From: Chiloscyllium plagiosum
Lineage: Eukaryota
Direction of reading: 5' to 3'
Assembly (NCBI RefSeq): GCF_004010195.1
Contig: NC_057720.1
Location: forward strand, 25,499,611 to 25,536,614
Length of the DNA stretch: 37,004 nucleotides
Part shown: positions 1-11,922 of the stretch, one piece after another
Layout of the letters: each line of letters opens with the position of its first letter
Numbering within the stretch: position 1 is the stretch's first letter
The notes under the pieces: generated by a model
The model's database searches: none
What the model was told of the DNA's origin: nothing
What the model saw: only the letters and a program-made list of their open reading frames with translations
Program-made: the position numbers and the translations under genes

Positions 1-829
1 CCACAGAACACACCAGATGGCCTCCTTCTTTAGAGACCGCAATTTCTCTTCTCATGTGGTTGAAGATGCCTCCAATGTATCCCACCCATCCCTTTCTGCA
101 AAGACCGTTCCCTCCGTGACTATCTGGTCAGGTCCATGCCCCCCAACAAACCACCGTCCTGTCCTGGCACCTTCCCCTGCCACCGCAGGAATCGCCCACA
201 CCTCCTCCCCTCACCTCCATCCAAGGCCCCAAAGGAGCCTTCCATATTTATCAAAGTTTCACCTGCACATCCACCAATGTTATTTATTATATCCGTTGCT
301 CCTGATACATTGGGGAGACTGGACGCCTTCTTGCAGTGCGCTTCAGGAACCATCTCCGGGACACCCGCACCAATCAACCCCACTGCCCTGTGGCCCAATA
401 TTTCAACTCCCCCTCCCACTCTGCTGAGGACATGCAGGTCCTGGGCCTCCTCCACTGCCGGTCCCTCACCAACCGACGCCTGGAGGAAGAACGCCTCATC
501 TTCCGCCTCGGAACACTTCAACCCCATGGCATCAATGTGGACTTCACCAGTTCCTCATTTCCTCTCCCCCTACCTTACCCCAGTTCCAATCTTCCAACTC
601 AGCACTGTCCCCATGACCTGTCCTACCTGCCTACTCTTCTCCCCAGTCCCCGCTCCCCCCCGCCATTTATCTCTTCATCCTGTGGGCTTCCTGCCTCCAT
701 TCCTGATGAAGGGCTTTTGCCCGAAACATTGATTTTCCTACTCCTCGGATGCTGCCTGACCTGCTGTGCTTTTCCAGCACCACTCTGATCTAAACTCTGG
801 TTTCTAGCATCTGCAGTCCTCACTTTTGC
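1..829 (+). mobile_element. Penelope-like element (PLE), 3' part: degraded GIY-YIG endonuclease plus pseudo-LTR
   Basis: From 258 it reads FTCTSTNVIYYIRCS*YIGETGRLLAVRFRNHL...VAQYFNSPSHS...RRLEEERLIFRLGTLQPHGINVDF, the PLE GIY-YIG C-terminus, with a stop and an upstream frameshift. A C/T-rich 3' region and a hammerhead-containing pLTR ending ...catctgcagtcctcactttt follow. Confidence 0.92.
699..735 (+). ncRNA. Minimal type I hammerhead ribozyme motif in PLE pLTR (cleavage triplet degenerate)
   Basis: CTGATGA (703-709), A, stem II GGGC-TTTT-GCCC (711-722), GAAAC (723-727). Followed by ATT where better-preserved copies in this window have GTC. Confidence 0.8.
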
Positions 830-834
830 CTACT

Positions 835-1312
835 AATTCTTAGGTACAAAGCAGGAACAAAGAAATAAATTTACAAGTTCAACATTACAGTCTTTATAAA
901 GTTGAAAAAAAAGAAATAAAGTTACAAGTTCCACATTACAGTTCTTCCTAAGTGCTTAGCCATGCCGGCCTCGCAATCTCCACAAGGGCTCAATCTCCTC
1001 CATGCTGCAAAGGACTCCCTCTCCCCACGCTGGTTCAATCGCCCATCATTGGCTTGATCTCCCATGTGCTCTATGTGGCTGCAGATGCTGGGAGACCTTG
1101 GGCTGTATGCTCATGCCACTGCTGCCAGGGACCTCTTTCACTGCCACACAATCCCCCCATCTCCTCCATGGTGTGTAAACTCGCTCTCCACAGAAGGTAA
1201 ATAGATAACAGTAAGTATAAAAGGACAGTGAAAGAAGGAATAAAAATCCATGCAGATGGAGCAGATGACCTCCAAACAGGAGCCTGCACGCTGTTACTCT
1301 GCCACCATTTTG
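835..1312 (-). mobile_element. Non-autonomous retroposon-like repeat, similar in layout to 25880-26532
   Basis: Minus strand starts CAAAATGGTGGC, then a pyrimidine tract, a GC-rich core and GCACTTA...TGTAATGTGGAAC...TTTATTT. Same order of blocks as 25880-26532. Confidence 0.45.
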
Positions 1313-1544
1313 AATTAGAAATTTGAATTAGAATATTGATGCAGTTAATGACTGTCTGAGCTTTAGATACCCTGAAGATAAATTTCCTAAAATATTATTA
1401 TGTAATTTGTTATCAATGAAATATAGATTTTATTATGTAATTGGTGGTTATCAATGAGTTTGTGACCTTGCAACTTGAGTTGTAATCAATTAAAATAAAA
1501 AACAGAGTATAACATTGGTCTGATCAACATTCTAACAAACCTAT

Positions 1545-1845
1545 TTTTTTTCAGAATTCATTCACAGGATGTGGAAACTCACTGCCCAGAGGGCAGTTAG
1601 GAGTTAACAACATTGCCTGGAAGCACTTGTAGACCAGACCAGGTAAGGAGAGCAATTTTCTTCCCCAAAGGACTTGGGTGAACCAGATGGATTTTTCCAC
1701 TAATTGATAATGGTTTAATGGACATTAATAAACTGTTAATTCCAGATTTATAATTGAATTCAAATTTTGCCATCTGCCATGGCGGAATTCAAACCCAGTC
1801 CCCAGTTTTTGGGGATAGTCCAGCAAGAATAACACAAGGTCAAAA
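1545..1845 (-). mobile_element. tRNA-derived SINE, family B (L2-like 3' tail)
   Basis: Reverse complement of the motifs shared with 2995-3370 and 4322-4660: GGTTCAAATCC box B, ATGGCAGATGGTGGAATTTGAATTCAA, CCTTACCTGGTCTGG. Confidence 0.8.
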
Positions 1846-2511
1846 CGTCCCATTGTTAAATGTTGTTACTGATGAGAGCCTGGAATCAGGGACCTCACCC
1901 ATTGTTCAGCCATAGAGGAAATACTGGAAAGTTCTGAAGGACAGGAATTAATTTAAAACTGGTTGAAATGAATCTCTTCCTAGTTAACTCACAGAATTAT
2001 TTCAGTAAACAGAAACCAAAACACCACTTATGCTAAAATACCACTCCTTCTCTGATGAACTAGTTTATGGGTTTGTCCCATTTCCAGACTTGATAAGATG
2101 GCATGAAGACTAAAATTGATTTATGGAACAAATGGCACTCTCTATCAGATGAGTCTTTAGACTCCATCCAATAAACCCAAAGATCCCGAAGCTCGATTTA
2201 AATATTTTCTGATGTCTTCCTAAAGATCCTTGTAGGGAGATTTGGACATTAGAGGGAAAATAAAGTGTAGGAATATATGTGAATAAAGTATCAAGTAGGC
2301 CTGGACAGGAGTAGTTGAGAGTGCCAGTGTCAAAAAGCATGACCCTCAGGATGTGGAATTGAGACGAAAAATGGTCTGACAAGACTAGCAATGGGAATTA
2401 CACCTCTTCACCTCTCTCAGGATTAACATTCCACCTCCTCAAGCACACTCAAGAATTCCTTCTCCTCCACTCCATCCTGTAATATCCAATCACAAGAGTA
2501 GACTGCACCAT

Positions 2512-3685
2512 TGCTCTTTAATACGGGAAAATAGCAAAAAAAAGAGATGACTGATGTTTTCTATGATACACAATCTAACAAGAATGCTAAAGGAGCCCAG
2601 CCAACACAACTGCTATATAATTACACAGTTGCAAATTGTGTTCTCAATTCACCGTAAGAACACAGGTGCACCACACTCCATGGTCCAGTGTGATTATAAC
2701 ATACAGTATTCAAGGAGTTAAAACAACATTTGGGTTTGCTAAACAGAGGTACTTTGTAAAACAAACCTAAGGAAAAGATAAAAAATGGAAAGCCTGTGTA
2801 AATAAAGTTCATCGATATCTTGAGGATCCAGGGAGAAGTTAGTCTGGTCACTGAGTGCTTAAGTAGACTGACAACCAGTGACTGAATAATTGGGGGAGCA
2901 ATAAAATCATTTGAGTAGCAATGCACAGACTAGCTAATGCTCTAGGGACAAATCCCACTATGCTGCTGGTGGAATTATAACTCTGTTAACAGCCTGGGGA
3001 GGCATTGGCCCAGTAGTATTATCACTAAACCATCAAACCAGAATCACACGTCATGTTCTGGGGACTTGAGTTCACATTCCGTCATGGCAGATGGTGGAAT
3101 TTGAAATCCAACTAAAGATCTGGAATTAAGAATCTACAGATGACCATGAAACCATTGTCAATTGTTGGGGAAAAGCCCAACTGACTCACTAATGTCCTTC
3201 ATGGAAGGAAATCTGCCTTCCTCATCTTATCTGGTCTACATGTGACTCCAAACCCACAGCAATGTGGTTGACTCTCAATTTCCCTTTGAAATGCCCCAGC
3301 AAGCCACTCTGTTCATGAGCAATTAGTTTGGGGAACAAATGCTGGCTTTGCCAATGAGGCCCATATGTCATAATTATGGAAGATTAGAGGTTGAAATAGG
3401 CTAAATGTTTCTTATTTGGTTCCATGTTGATACGTTCAACATCAGAATGTTTGTCTTTTGAGTTATTGTGATTTAGTATGCTTGCAATGTAGAGGCAGAA
3501 ATGTTATGAGTCTTGAGTGAACACCTGTATGTTGTAATCACACTGGACCGTGGAGTGTGATGCACCTGCCTTCTTATGGTAAATTGAGAACTCAATTAGG
3601 AACTGTGTAATTATATTGCAGTTGTGTAGGCTGAGTTCCCTGAGTAGTCTTGTTAGACTGTGTAACATAGACTCGTTAAAGAGCA
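2512..3685. repeat. Long inverted repeat pair (arms about 2512-2706 and 3525-3685) enclosing about 0.8 kb
   Basis: 2561-2706 (ctatgatacacaatctaacaagaa...ggtccagtgtgattataacatacag) aligns to the reverse complement of 3525-3670 with scattered substitutions. The match extends to tgctctttaa/ttaaagagca across an indel of about 35 bp. Confidence 0.88.
2995..3370 (+). mobile_element. tRNA-derived SINE, family B
   Basis: Head TGGCCCAGTAGT...GAGTTCACATTCC, body GGAAGGAAATCTGCC...CATGTGACTCCAAACCCACAGCAATGTGGTTGACTCT, tail AAATGCTGGCTTTGCCAATGAGGCCCA. Confidence 0.85.
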
Positions 3686-4127
3686 GATTCTGTAATTGTT
3701 ACAAAGGACGCCTGTGTATACTGGGGTTTAGAGTAATGAGACAAATTAAAAGCAGAAAATAGTCTCAACAAGCAACAGCAGGTACTTCCAGCAGGCATAG
3801 TTCCAAAGACAACTCACAGGAGAATGAAATTCTCTCCAGGTCCCTGATACGAGAAACCTTCCATTTCTTGTCAGTACAGTTCCACCCAAATGAATGTATA
3901 CTCGCCTTTCAAATCTGGCCCTATCATTCCAGAACAGCATGTTTGAATTACTCAAATCAGGCATACCTATTCTTGTTAAAATACTCAAGGGTTCATATTA
4001 AAGACACAAATGACAAACTGTGCGAGTGTGACAAAGGTAAACTATTCTTTCTTGTTCATCTCAACTTGTCTGAAGCCTTTGATACGGCTGACCATACTAT
4101 TCTCCTCCAGACCATCTTTGCTAGAGC

Positions 4128-4247
4128 AGATATTGTCCTTATCACCCAGTTCAGAGATTTTGCTGCACAACTCAAGAAGAGATGGGACGTAAACATAGGG
4201 CTCCTTGGTCAGAGGTAGAGACTCTACCACTGCACCACAGGAGCCCC
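4128..4247 (-). mobile_element. Short tRNA-derived SINE, family C (about 115 bp)
   Basis: Minus strand GGTGCAGTGGTAG...CCTCTGACC...GTCCCA...CTGAACTGGGTGAT...AATATC. Related copies at about 12165-12275 and 24660-24720. Confidence 0.6.
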
Positions 4248-4321
4248 TCCACCTTTGCTGTCAGCCAACTGCACTCATTTAATTCTATTCTTATCTATTT
4301 AATTTTGGCTAGAGAATCAAG

Positions 4322-4660
4322 GAGAGGTAGTGGCCTAGTGGTATTATCGCCAGCCTATTAGTCTAGAAATTTAGCTAATGTCCTGGGGACCTGGGTTCAA
4401 ATCCTACCAGGGCAGATGGTGAAATTTGAATTCAATAAAGAATCTGGAATTAAGAGTCTCATGATGGTTATGAAACTGTTATTGGTTGTCAGAAAAGCCC
4501 ACCTAGTTCACTAATGTCCTTTTGACAAGGAAATCTGTCATCCTTACCTGGTCTGGCCTACATGTGATCCCAGACCTACAGCAATGTGGTTGACTCTTAA
4601 CTGCCCTATGGCAAACATTGCAGGCCTACCCAGAGATTCATTCTGTGAGTGAATAAAAGA
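4322..4660 (+). mobile_element. tRNA-derived SINE, family B
   Basis: Box A TGGCCTAGTGG, box B GGTTCAAATCC, conserved body, ends GAGTGAATAAAAGA. Confidence 0.88.
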
Positions 4661-4796
4661 ATCATTTGCTACAATTTCTCTTACTTCTCTCCACTATCAC
4701 TTCTGGAGTGGCCTCTTGCTTATGCATTTGTTTTCTCTTGGTGATTTCAATCAGAAACAAGGGCCACAGACGGTGGAGTAATTCAGATTACTATAC

Positions 4797-5288
4797 TATA
4801 GGAAGGATGTGGAGGCATTGGAACGGGTGCAGAGGAGGTTTACCAGGATGTTGCCTGGTATGGAAGGAAAATCGTATGAGGAAAGACTGAGGCACTTGGG
4901 GCTGTTTTCACTAGAGAAAAGAAGGTTTAGGGGTGACTTGATTGAGGTGTACAAGATGATTAGGGGGTTAGATAGGGTCGACAGTATGAACCTTTTCCCG
5001 CGTATTGAGTCGGGTATTACAAGGGGGCATAGCTTTAAATTAAGGGGGGGTAGATATAGGACTGATGTTAGGGGTAGGTTCTTCACTCAGCGAGTCGTTA
5101 GTTCATGGAATGCCCTGCCAGTAACAGTGGTGGACTCTCCCTCTTTATGGGCATTTAAGAGGGCATTGGATAGGTATATGGAGGATAGTGGGTTAGTGTA
5201 GTTTAGGTGGGCTTGGATCGGCGCAACATCGAGGGCCCAAGGGCCTGTACTGCGCTGTATTCTTCTATGTTCTATGTTCTATGTTCTA
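4797..5288 (+). mobile_element. CR1/HER1-type LINE, 5'-truncated 3' fragment
   Basis: ORF 4809-5201 ALERVQRRFTRMLPG...LEKRRFRGDLIEVYK...FFTQRVVSSWNALP is the CR1 ORF2 C-terminus. The 3' UTR ends in (TTCTATG)n. Confidence 0.95.
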
Positions 5289-5374
5289 GATCAAGGATGC
5301 TCAGTGGACTATAATTACTGGAGCACAGATACCTCAGATTGTTTAAGGTTTGGGATTGCTTATAGGCATATATA

Positions 5375-5534
5375 CATCTTTATGTTGAGTTGCAGTATCT
5401 GCAAAAACCCTGTCTTGATTCTTAAATTTGTCTCTTTCTTGTAAGTCTCAAACACAGTGAAATTTGCAAAAAAGGAGACAAATTTTAGAATAAAGACATG
5501 TTTTTTGCAGATGCTACAACTCAGCATAGAGATG
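5375..5534. mobile_element. Palindromic (hairpin) MITE flanked by TA
   Basis: Arms 5375-5450 and 5458-5534 are imperfect reverse complements around a 7-nt loop AACACAG. TA at 5373-5374 and 5535-5536. Confidence 0.85.
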
Positions 5535-5882
5535 TATTATAACCACAAGGAGCTCTACTTGATCATGCTTTTTACATTGTACAGACAAAAGCATCTTTCC
5601 TAGCATCTGTCATGATGATTTTATTCTGCAACAGTATGTTATACTGCCATCATGTCAAACCAGAGGGTTGCTGCTCTAGAATTATCCATGGACCGTCAGC
5701 AGTCGGCCTCCAGTGCTCAATCTAAACCTTGCATGGCTAGCATGCTGGGTGAGAGCAATGCTCCCACACAAAACATCAAGCTGGCTATTAGGTTGTTCCA
5801 TTGAAATCTTCTTTCAAGCCCATTACAACAGAGCCTGTAGATGAACTTGGCCCCCTTCCCATCTCTCATAAAGGGATAAAGG

Positions 5883-6308
5883 ACACTGATTTGTCGGCAA
5901 CATTAGTCAGGGCCATGGTATAGCTGTGGGAACCTTTATGGGTGCCCGTGGAGTCCCGGGAGGAGGAGACTGGAAGGAAAAGAATATGGGTACTGTAGGG
6001 TGTACTCCCAGGGATGGGAGCCTCAGTGGAGTGATGAGTAAGACAGAATAAAGTAGTAAGACACTATCTAATTTAAGTTTCTTGAATGTAATTTAAGCTA
6101 GTGTTTATTTAATATGTTTGTAGTTTAGTTTTAGTTAAGTAGATAGGTTTGTTTTGGTAGAATAGTGGGTTGTTTAGTAACAATGGTACTATGTTATGGC
6201 CTTGTTCTTTGTATTTTTTTCTGTTTGGATGGGTTTTTTTCTTTATATATAAATGTTTTGCAAAAGATTTAAAAAAGCATTTCAATAAAAATACTTTTTA
6301 AAAAAAAA
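5883..6308 (+). mobile_element. Poly(A)-tailed LINE 3' end (L1/Tx1-like) with target-site duplication
   Basis: Short ORF end (TDLSATLVRAMV*), G-rich then T-rich 3' UTR, AATAAA at about 6284, A tail. GGATAAAGG is duplicated at 5874-5882 and 6309-6317. Confidence 0.7.
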
Positions 6309-6317
6309 GGATAAAGG

Positions 6318-7432
6318 GATTATTTCCTTTCTAACATCCAAGTCTAATTTTCAGTAACCTCCAATACCTCATCACCTTCCCAGAACACCTTCTTATGCAA
6401 TTGTAGGAGGTGTACCATCTACATGTTTACCTCCTGTCTCTTCAGAGTTCAAACCTCCAAAATCTTTCTTTCATGAGAAGCAGCGATGTACTTGTACTTA
6501 ATTCAATTCAGTCTATTTATTTGCTGCTCACAATATGGTCTGCTGTACATCTGGAAGATCAAGCAATGTTTCAGTAAAGGTTAAAGAAGTTTGAATGAAA
6601 ACACCTCATTGAATTAATCACTCCACATTGCCTTCTGGACTCAACATTGAGTTTAACCAATTCAAACTATGAACTCTGTCCCCTATTTTGATTCAGATAT
6701 TTTTCCATCTGCTTGTCTGATTCTTGTTTATCATATTTTTGCTTTTTAACAGAACAATTCATTATTCTGCTATTCACGCTCATTCTGGACAAACTCTGCC
6801 TTGTTCTCTATGAAAACCATTGCCACTCCCTTTACCTATTATTCCCAGAACATATTTTCATTTGTAACCTTTCCTATCTTTCATCCAATCCCAAGTTTTC
6901 CCTTTTGTTCATCTTCCCCATCCCTCTTTTCAATGTCAAATAACTCATCACGTGTCTACCCTTCTTCTACTTGAGAAGGTTTGTCTCAAAATGTTACCTC
7001 TGGTTTGTAGTGTTCAATGGTTTCATCTAAGTTTGCTTAGTTAATCTTTGTTCATTGCTTGATTGCTTTCGACTGTGGTGTAACGAGAGAATTTAGTGTG
7101 TAACTCCACAGAGAATCTCAGAAAAATGACAAAAAAAAAGACTCTAGAAAAGGTCTAAGACTCTGGTCCTGCAAACTCCGCATGGATATTGAAACCTCAA
7201 TAAGTTCTACATTGTTTAACGCTCTATAATGAAAAAAAATAAACTGATTGGATTTTGGACAAGATCGTCTCTGTTTTCTCTGAGATAATTCAGATTAATA
7301 AGATATACAACAACTCAATCCAAACATAGCACAAGGTGATAAGCAAATAAAATATTTCTCTTTTTACAGATGCTACCAGTGTTGCTGAGTATTTCCAGCA
7401 CTTTCTATTTTTATAACAGATTTCCAGCATTT
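6318..7432 (+). mobile_element. Older degenerate Penelope-like element (second family), fragmented
   Basis: Remnants of the GIY-YIG region (..KQRCTCT..VY..CSQYGLLYI..; PSGLNIEF at about 6631-6655). pLTR-like tail CAGATGCTACCAG..TGCTGAGTATTTCCAGCACTTTCT at 7367-7430. Confidence 0.65.
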
Positions 7433-7961
7433 TGTTTACATATTACATTGGGTGCCCTCTGCTTCCATGGACCTGGCATTCATGACCCTTTTCATCTTGC
7501 CTTGGTTACAGATCACCCATACCTAGTCACCCACTTTTGAATATTTACAATGAAGCTACTCTCTAAAGTATATGCAGTGCCAAAATCTGAACTGCTGGTT
7601 GCGAGTGTGAGATGGAGTGAGAAAGGTTCAACATCATTAGGCTCCCACTCTTCTTGAACTTCACCTGTCTGGTCAGGTGGCTGTTCTTGGGAGTTTGGAA
7701 GGATAAAGGATCAAGGCTAGTTGGAGTGAAGGAAATTGGGGAAGAAATCATGAGGTAAATGTAAATCAGAAGAGTTTGTGGGATCAAGGGAAATGAATGT
7801 AAGAAGGTGAAGTACGTGGGTTCAGACATTACCTTCAAAAGTTTCAACCCACAGCCTCAGTTGTGGCTGCATCAGTGATTGCCAACACTGTTTCTTCCTT
7901 GCATGTGAGCACCTGCAGATATACTTGTCCCCTGCTAGCTAGGTTTTGATGGTTCTGATTA

Positions 7962-8584
7962 TATGGTCAGAGTATTGAGTACAGGAGTTGGGAGGTCATG
8001 TTGCAGCTGTACAGGACATTGGTTAGGCCACTGTTGGAATATTACATGCAATTCCGTTCTCCTGCCTATCGGAAAGATGTTGTGAAACTTAAAACGGTTC
8101 AGAAAGGATTTACAAGGATGTTGCCAGGGTTGGAGGATTTGAGCTTTGGGGAGAGGCTGACCAGGCTTGGGCTGTTTTCCCTGGAGCGCTGGAGGTTGAG
8201 GGGTGACCTTCTAGAGGTCTACAAATTCATGAGGGCCCTGGTTAGGATAAGTAGACAAAGTCTTTTCTCTGGTGTCAGGGAGTCCAGAACTAGAGGGTAT
8301 AGGTTTAGGGTGAGAGGGGAAATATATAAAAGAGACCTACGGGGCAACTTCTTCCACACAGAGGGTGCTACGTGTATGGAATGAGCTGCCAGAAGAAGTT
8401 GTGGAGGCTGGTAGAATTGCAACATTTAAAAGGCATTTGGATGGATATATGAATAGGAAGGGTTTGGAGGGATGTGGGCTGAATGCTGGTTGATGGGACT
8501 AGATTGGGTTGGGATATCTGGTTGGCATGGACGGGTTTGACCGAAGGGTCTGTTTCCATGCTGTACATCTCTATGACTCTATGA
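7962..8584 (+). mobile_element. CR1/HER1-type LINE 3' fragment
   Basis: LQLYRTLVRPLLEY...VQKGFTRMLPGLE...LRGDLLEVYK. The 3' UTR ends in CTCTATGACTCTATGAC. Confidence 0.95.
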
Positions 8585-8587
8585 CCC

Positions 8588-8896
8588 TACACTGTGGATA
8601 CAGGCTATTCAGCCCAACAAGTCCACACCAACCCTCCAAAGAGTAACCCACCCTACCCTATTACTTTACATTTACCCCAAATGTACTCATCCCTGAACAC
8701 TATGGGCAATTTAGCATGTCCAATTCACCTAACCTGCACATCTTTGGACTGTGGGAGGATACTGGAGCACCGGGATGAAACCCACACAGACATGGGGAGA
8801 ATTTGCAAACTCTACACAGACAGTCGCCCAAAGCTGGAATTGAGCCCAGGTCCCTGGCGCTGTAAGGCAGCAGTGCTAACCACAGAGCCATTGCCC
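8588..8896 (-). mobile_element. HE1-type V-SINE
   Basis: Minus strand GGCAATGGCTCTGTGGTTAGCACTGCTGCC head, V-domain GAGTTTGCAAATTCTCCCCATGTCTGTGTGGGTTTC...CCTCCCACAGTCCAAAGATGTGCAGG, CR1-like tail. Confidence 0.92.
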
Positions 8897-9159
8897 TTTC
8901 TTATCCTAAAAGCACTGGGAATTGTGTGTCAGTGAGTGTACAGAGATGTGTTTATGTGAGGTGCCTGTGATTGCCAAATAATTGGAGATAATGTGAAAAT
9001 TGAGAAATGTGGGTGTGAGTTTGTGAGATGAGGCGAAACTAGGAAGGTGTGATGTGAGTCAGGTTTGATAGAGAATGTTAGTCAGTAAGTGAACAGAGTG
9101 GTGATGAATGGAGCAGAGTGTGAGGTTAGTATTTCATTTGTAAGGATATGACATTTAAA

Positions 9160-9330
9160 GATGTATTCACTGGTCTCGATCGCTCATGAAAGGTCATTAA
9201 TTGTCACTGCATCCAGTTCCTCAGCTGGAATGTTGACATTGATGGTGATGGCTGTCTGCTCTCTTTGCTTTCTCGGAGCCTGACTGGATGTCCTCGTTGT
9301 TATCTATAGATAGAAGAGCTCTCTTGTTTA
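9160..9330 (-). pseudogene. Possible remnant of a Harbinger-associated Myb/SANT-like ORF
   Basis: Minus strand gives ..INVNIPA/RNWMQ..NDLS.., weakly resembling the RTWMQCRKKFNDL end of trihelix Myb/SANT domains. Heavily degraded. Confidence 0.3.
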
Positions 9331-11786
9331 TAAACTGGTGATTATATGCTATTTGCATCAAAATAAATGAGTGAGAGTTAATCATGCATTGTTATCTCTA
9401 TTCTTATTTTTGAGCTTTATCCTTATTCTAAGAAAGGCAATATGTTGATGTGAGCATTAGAAAGGAATACAAGGCAATTATTTTGTTAAATTAATCATTT
9501 TATTCATCAGGCATGATTCTAATCAGCCACAAGTCCTGGTAATCTTCCCACTGTATTCAGCTAGGTGAGATAAATAATTCTAACAGAACACACCATTGAC
9601 CACAATGGAAGGTGCAGGCACGGATGTGGGTGTGGACTTGACATTGATGCTAATCATGTTCATCAGGGCTTTGGTCATCGAGTCGTACAGCACAGAAACA
9701 GACCCTTCAGTCCAACCAGTCCATGCCGAACATAATCCTGAATTAAACTAGTCAGAGAGGTTTTGGTGCATCAAGTTACTTTGATATTTATATTTGTTAC
9801 TTGGTATTTGTTGTTGAAGCCAATGTCTGAGTCTAAATTGTCAGTTTGCCATTACTGTAGATGTTGACAACTGGTTTCAATACTCTTTAATACAGGAGTA
9901 AGGAAATGGTGAAGGGTATAACAATGTCTGTAAATGCTGAGGGGTTCTGTGTACGTTTGCAGTTGAATGGAACATGGAACTGACTGAATTCACCTCGTAA
10001 TCTTCCTTGGCTGTAAAGCCTTGACAGGCTTTTCCATGTTTGGCTGCTTCTTCCTTTTCACCCTCTTATCCCTTGCCCAATGAACACTGTTGCTCTTCCT
10101 CCTGTAAGTGTTGCTCCTACGGTGGAAATTCAATAAAAATATGGTTAAAAATATAACAGCAATTCCACTCTGTTCCACTGCTTTCCCAGCATCTCAAGTG
10201 TTGGTGCGTAGGGAGTGCACTGCACTGCTGCAACATGGCATTTTACTACGTGCCATCAGCCCATATCTGAAACAGCTTTGGAATTGTTCAATTTTTAGAC
10301 TGGATGATATTTTTGAATCTCTTGGCAGTTCTCTGTGGTTGGTATGTATGAGGATGCCAGCCTTCCAGAAATATAATACAAAAACAAGATTCAGTACTGT
10401 TAACTAGTCACCCCCGTTCCCACTTTAAAGAAACAAATAGCTACAGGCTGAACTTTTTCAATACTGTAGGATGCAGATGAAAAAATCAGAATTGTAGACG
10501 CAGGAAAGCTATTTTGAGATTTCTTTACATTTATTTCTGTTCAATTTCTTGTGTCTTTAATAATTCTGATGGTACCAGTCCAGATTTCTGAGACAAGCCA
10601 GTGGCTTAGTTCCAGTACACAAACAGTAACCAGGATTGTAGTACTCTGTGTCAGAACAGCTACTGGGAAACAGACTGACTACAAGACACTGGTTATTTCT
10701 GATGCTGTATTCTCAAATCACTGTCTGTTTTCATATGGATGCACAGACACTATTATTCATGGACTAAATCAGGCGGTTGTGGCAAATAGATCTCAATCTC
10801 AGTTGGAAAATTTTCAATGTTTTATAATTCAATCAGTTCATGGAGGGGATTGCCAGGCTATGGGTGAAATGAGGAAATTATTTTGTTTGTCAACTGAGGA
10901 AATGCTGCTTCCACTGAGTTTGTAAAGCAAAGTCAGGTTCATCTACACTGGGATTGAGCAGTCTCACAGACTCAGAAGGTTACAACACAAAAGGAGGCCA
11001 TTTGGTCCATCATGACTATGTGACACATTAGTTCAAATGGCATATAATCTTCTAACTTTCAAGGTAAATAACATTATGTATAAAACTTTACCTCTCTCCT
11101 GAACCTGCTCCAGGTGTGTGAGAATGAGGGGGCTCAGGGTTTGATATTGGACAGGTTAGACTTTGCACAGGTAGCCTTGTGATACAGTCAAAAAGAAATG
11201 GTGGTTACAAGTCTCATATCCCTTACTTGTTCTGTCATGCATAAAATTCTGATGGGGAGTCTGTTTTCTGATATGCCCCCTCTCATTCCCTAATTTTCAC
11301 AGGCATTTTCCACAACTTTCTCCAGCAGAGAGATCAAAGGATGAAGCAAAGATTAGCATCGGAATGATATCTTCCACATGACATTAGAACACTAATGGAA
11401 TGGAATTGCTGGTATCGATCATTCTTTTCAAGTGGAAAAAGGGGTTGCAAAGGCCTTACTATTGTAAGGGAGATGGTAAATCATCACGTAAAATGTTCAG
11501 TTTCTGACCTGTCTCTAAACTACAGAGCATATAAATAATAACTTCTGCAGCTTTCTTTTTTGGAAATCAGATGGTGGATTTGATGCCCATTATACCCAAG
11601 GAAGAAAAGGGAAAACAGGTTAGTGTTACCTTGTCTGGCCTAGTTAAGCTGTTGGACATTTTCCAGCACTGGTCTGACATTCAGAGGTAAGAAAAGTAAG
11701 TCTCAGGATCACTGTCAATTTCTTTAACACTGCAGGTGAGATATGTTTTGCTACTTTCTACCCTCTGACCCTTTTCTGTGGATGGC

Positions 11787-11922
11787 GAAAGTGAGGACTG
11801 CAGATGCTGGAGATCAGAGTCAAGATTAGAGTGGTGTTGGAAAAGCACAGCAGGTCAGGCAGCATCTGAGGAATAGGAGAATCAACATTTTGAGCAGGAG
11901 CCTTTCATCAGGAAAGGCTCCA
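11787..11922 (-). mobile_element. Solo PLE pLTR insertion with degenerate hammerhead and 12-bp TSD
   Basis: Reverse complement of about 700-826. Flanked by TCTGTGGATGGC at 11775-11786 and 11923-11934. Confidence 0.88.

Larger units (their letters stand above)
3900..4720 (+). pseudogene. L2-clade LINE reverse-transcriptase fragment interrupted by SINEs
   Basis: Translates to TNDKLCECDKGKLFFLVHLNLSEAFDTADHTILLQ, resembling the L2 RT motif LLDLSAAFDTVDH. Further remnants at about 4250-4320 and 4665-4715. Confidence 0.7.

Noticed and set aside
17..788. Overlapping 135-198 aa ORFs as host genes
   Set aside because: All are frames of one decayed Penelope element, and the GIY-YIG frame contains a stop.
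4328..4410. tRNA genes at box A/box B motifs (also about 20545, 22459, 24227)
   Set aside because: These are SINE heads continuing into SINE bodies, with no complete cloverleaf.
9995..10102. Possible minus-strand exon (ttacag|GAGG...GAG|gtgaat; open frame RKSNSVHWARDKRVKRKKQPNMEKPVKALQPRKIT)
   Set aside because: Poor polypyrimidine tract, no recognisable protein and no partner exons. It may be transposon-derived. RNA-seq would be needed.
10551..10925. 124-aa ORF (similarly 34647-35042 and 23107-23541)
   Set aside because: No domain motifs or exon structure. The lengths are compatible with chance in 37 kb.
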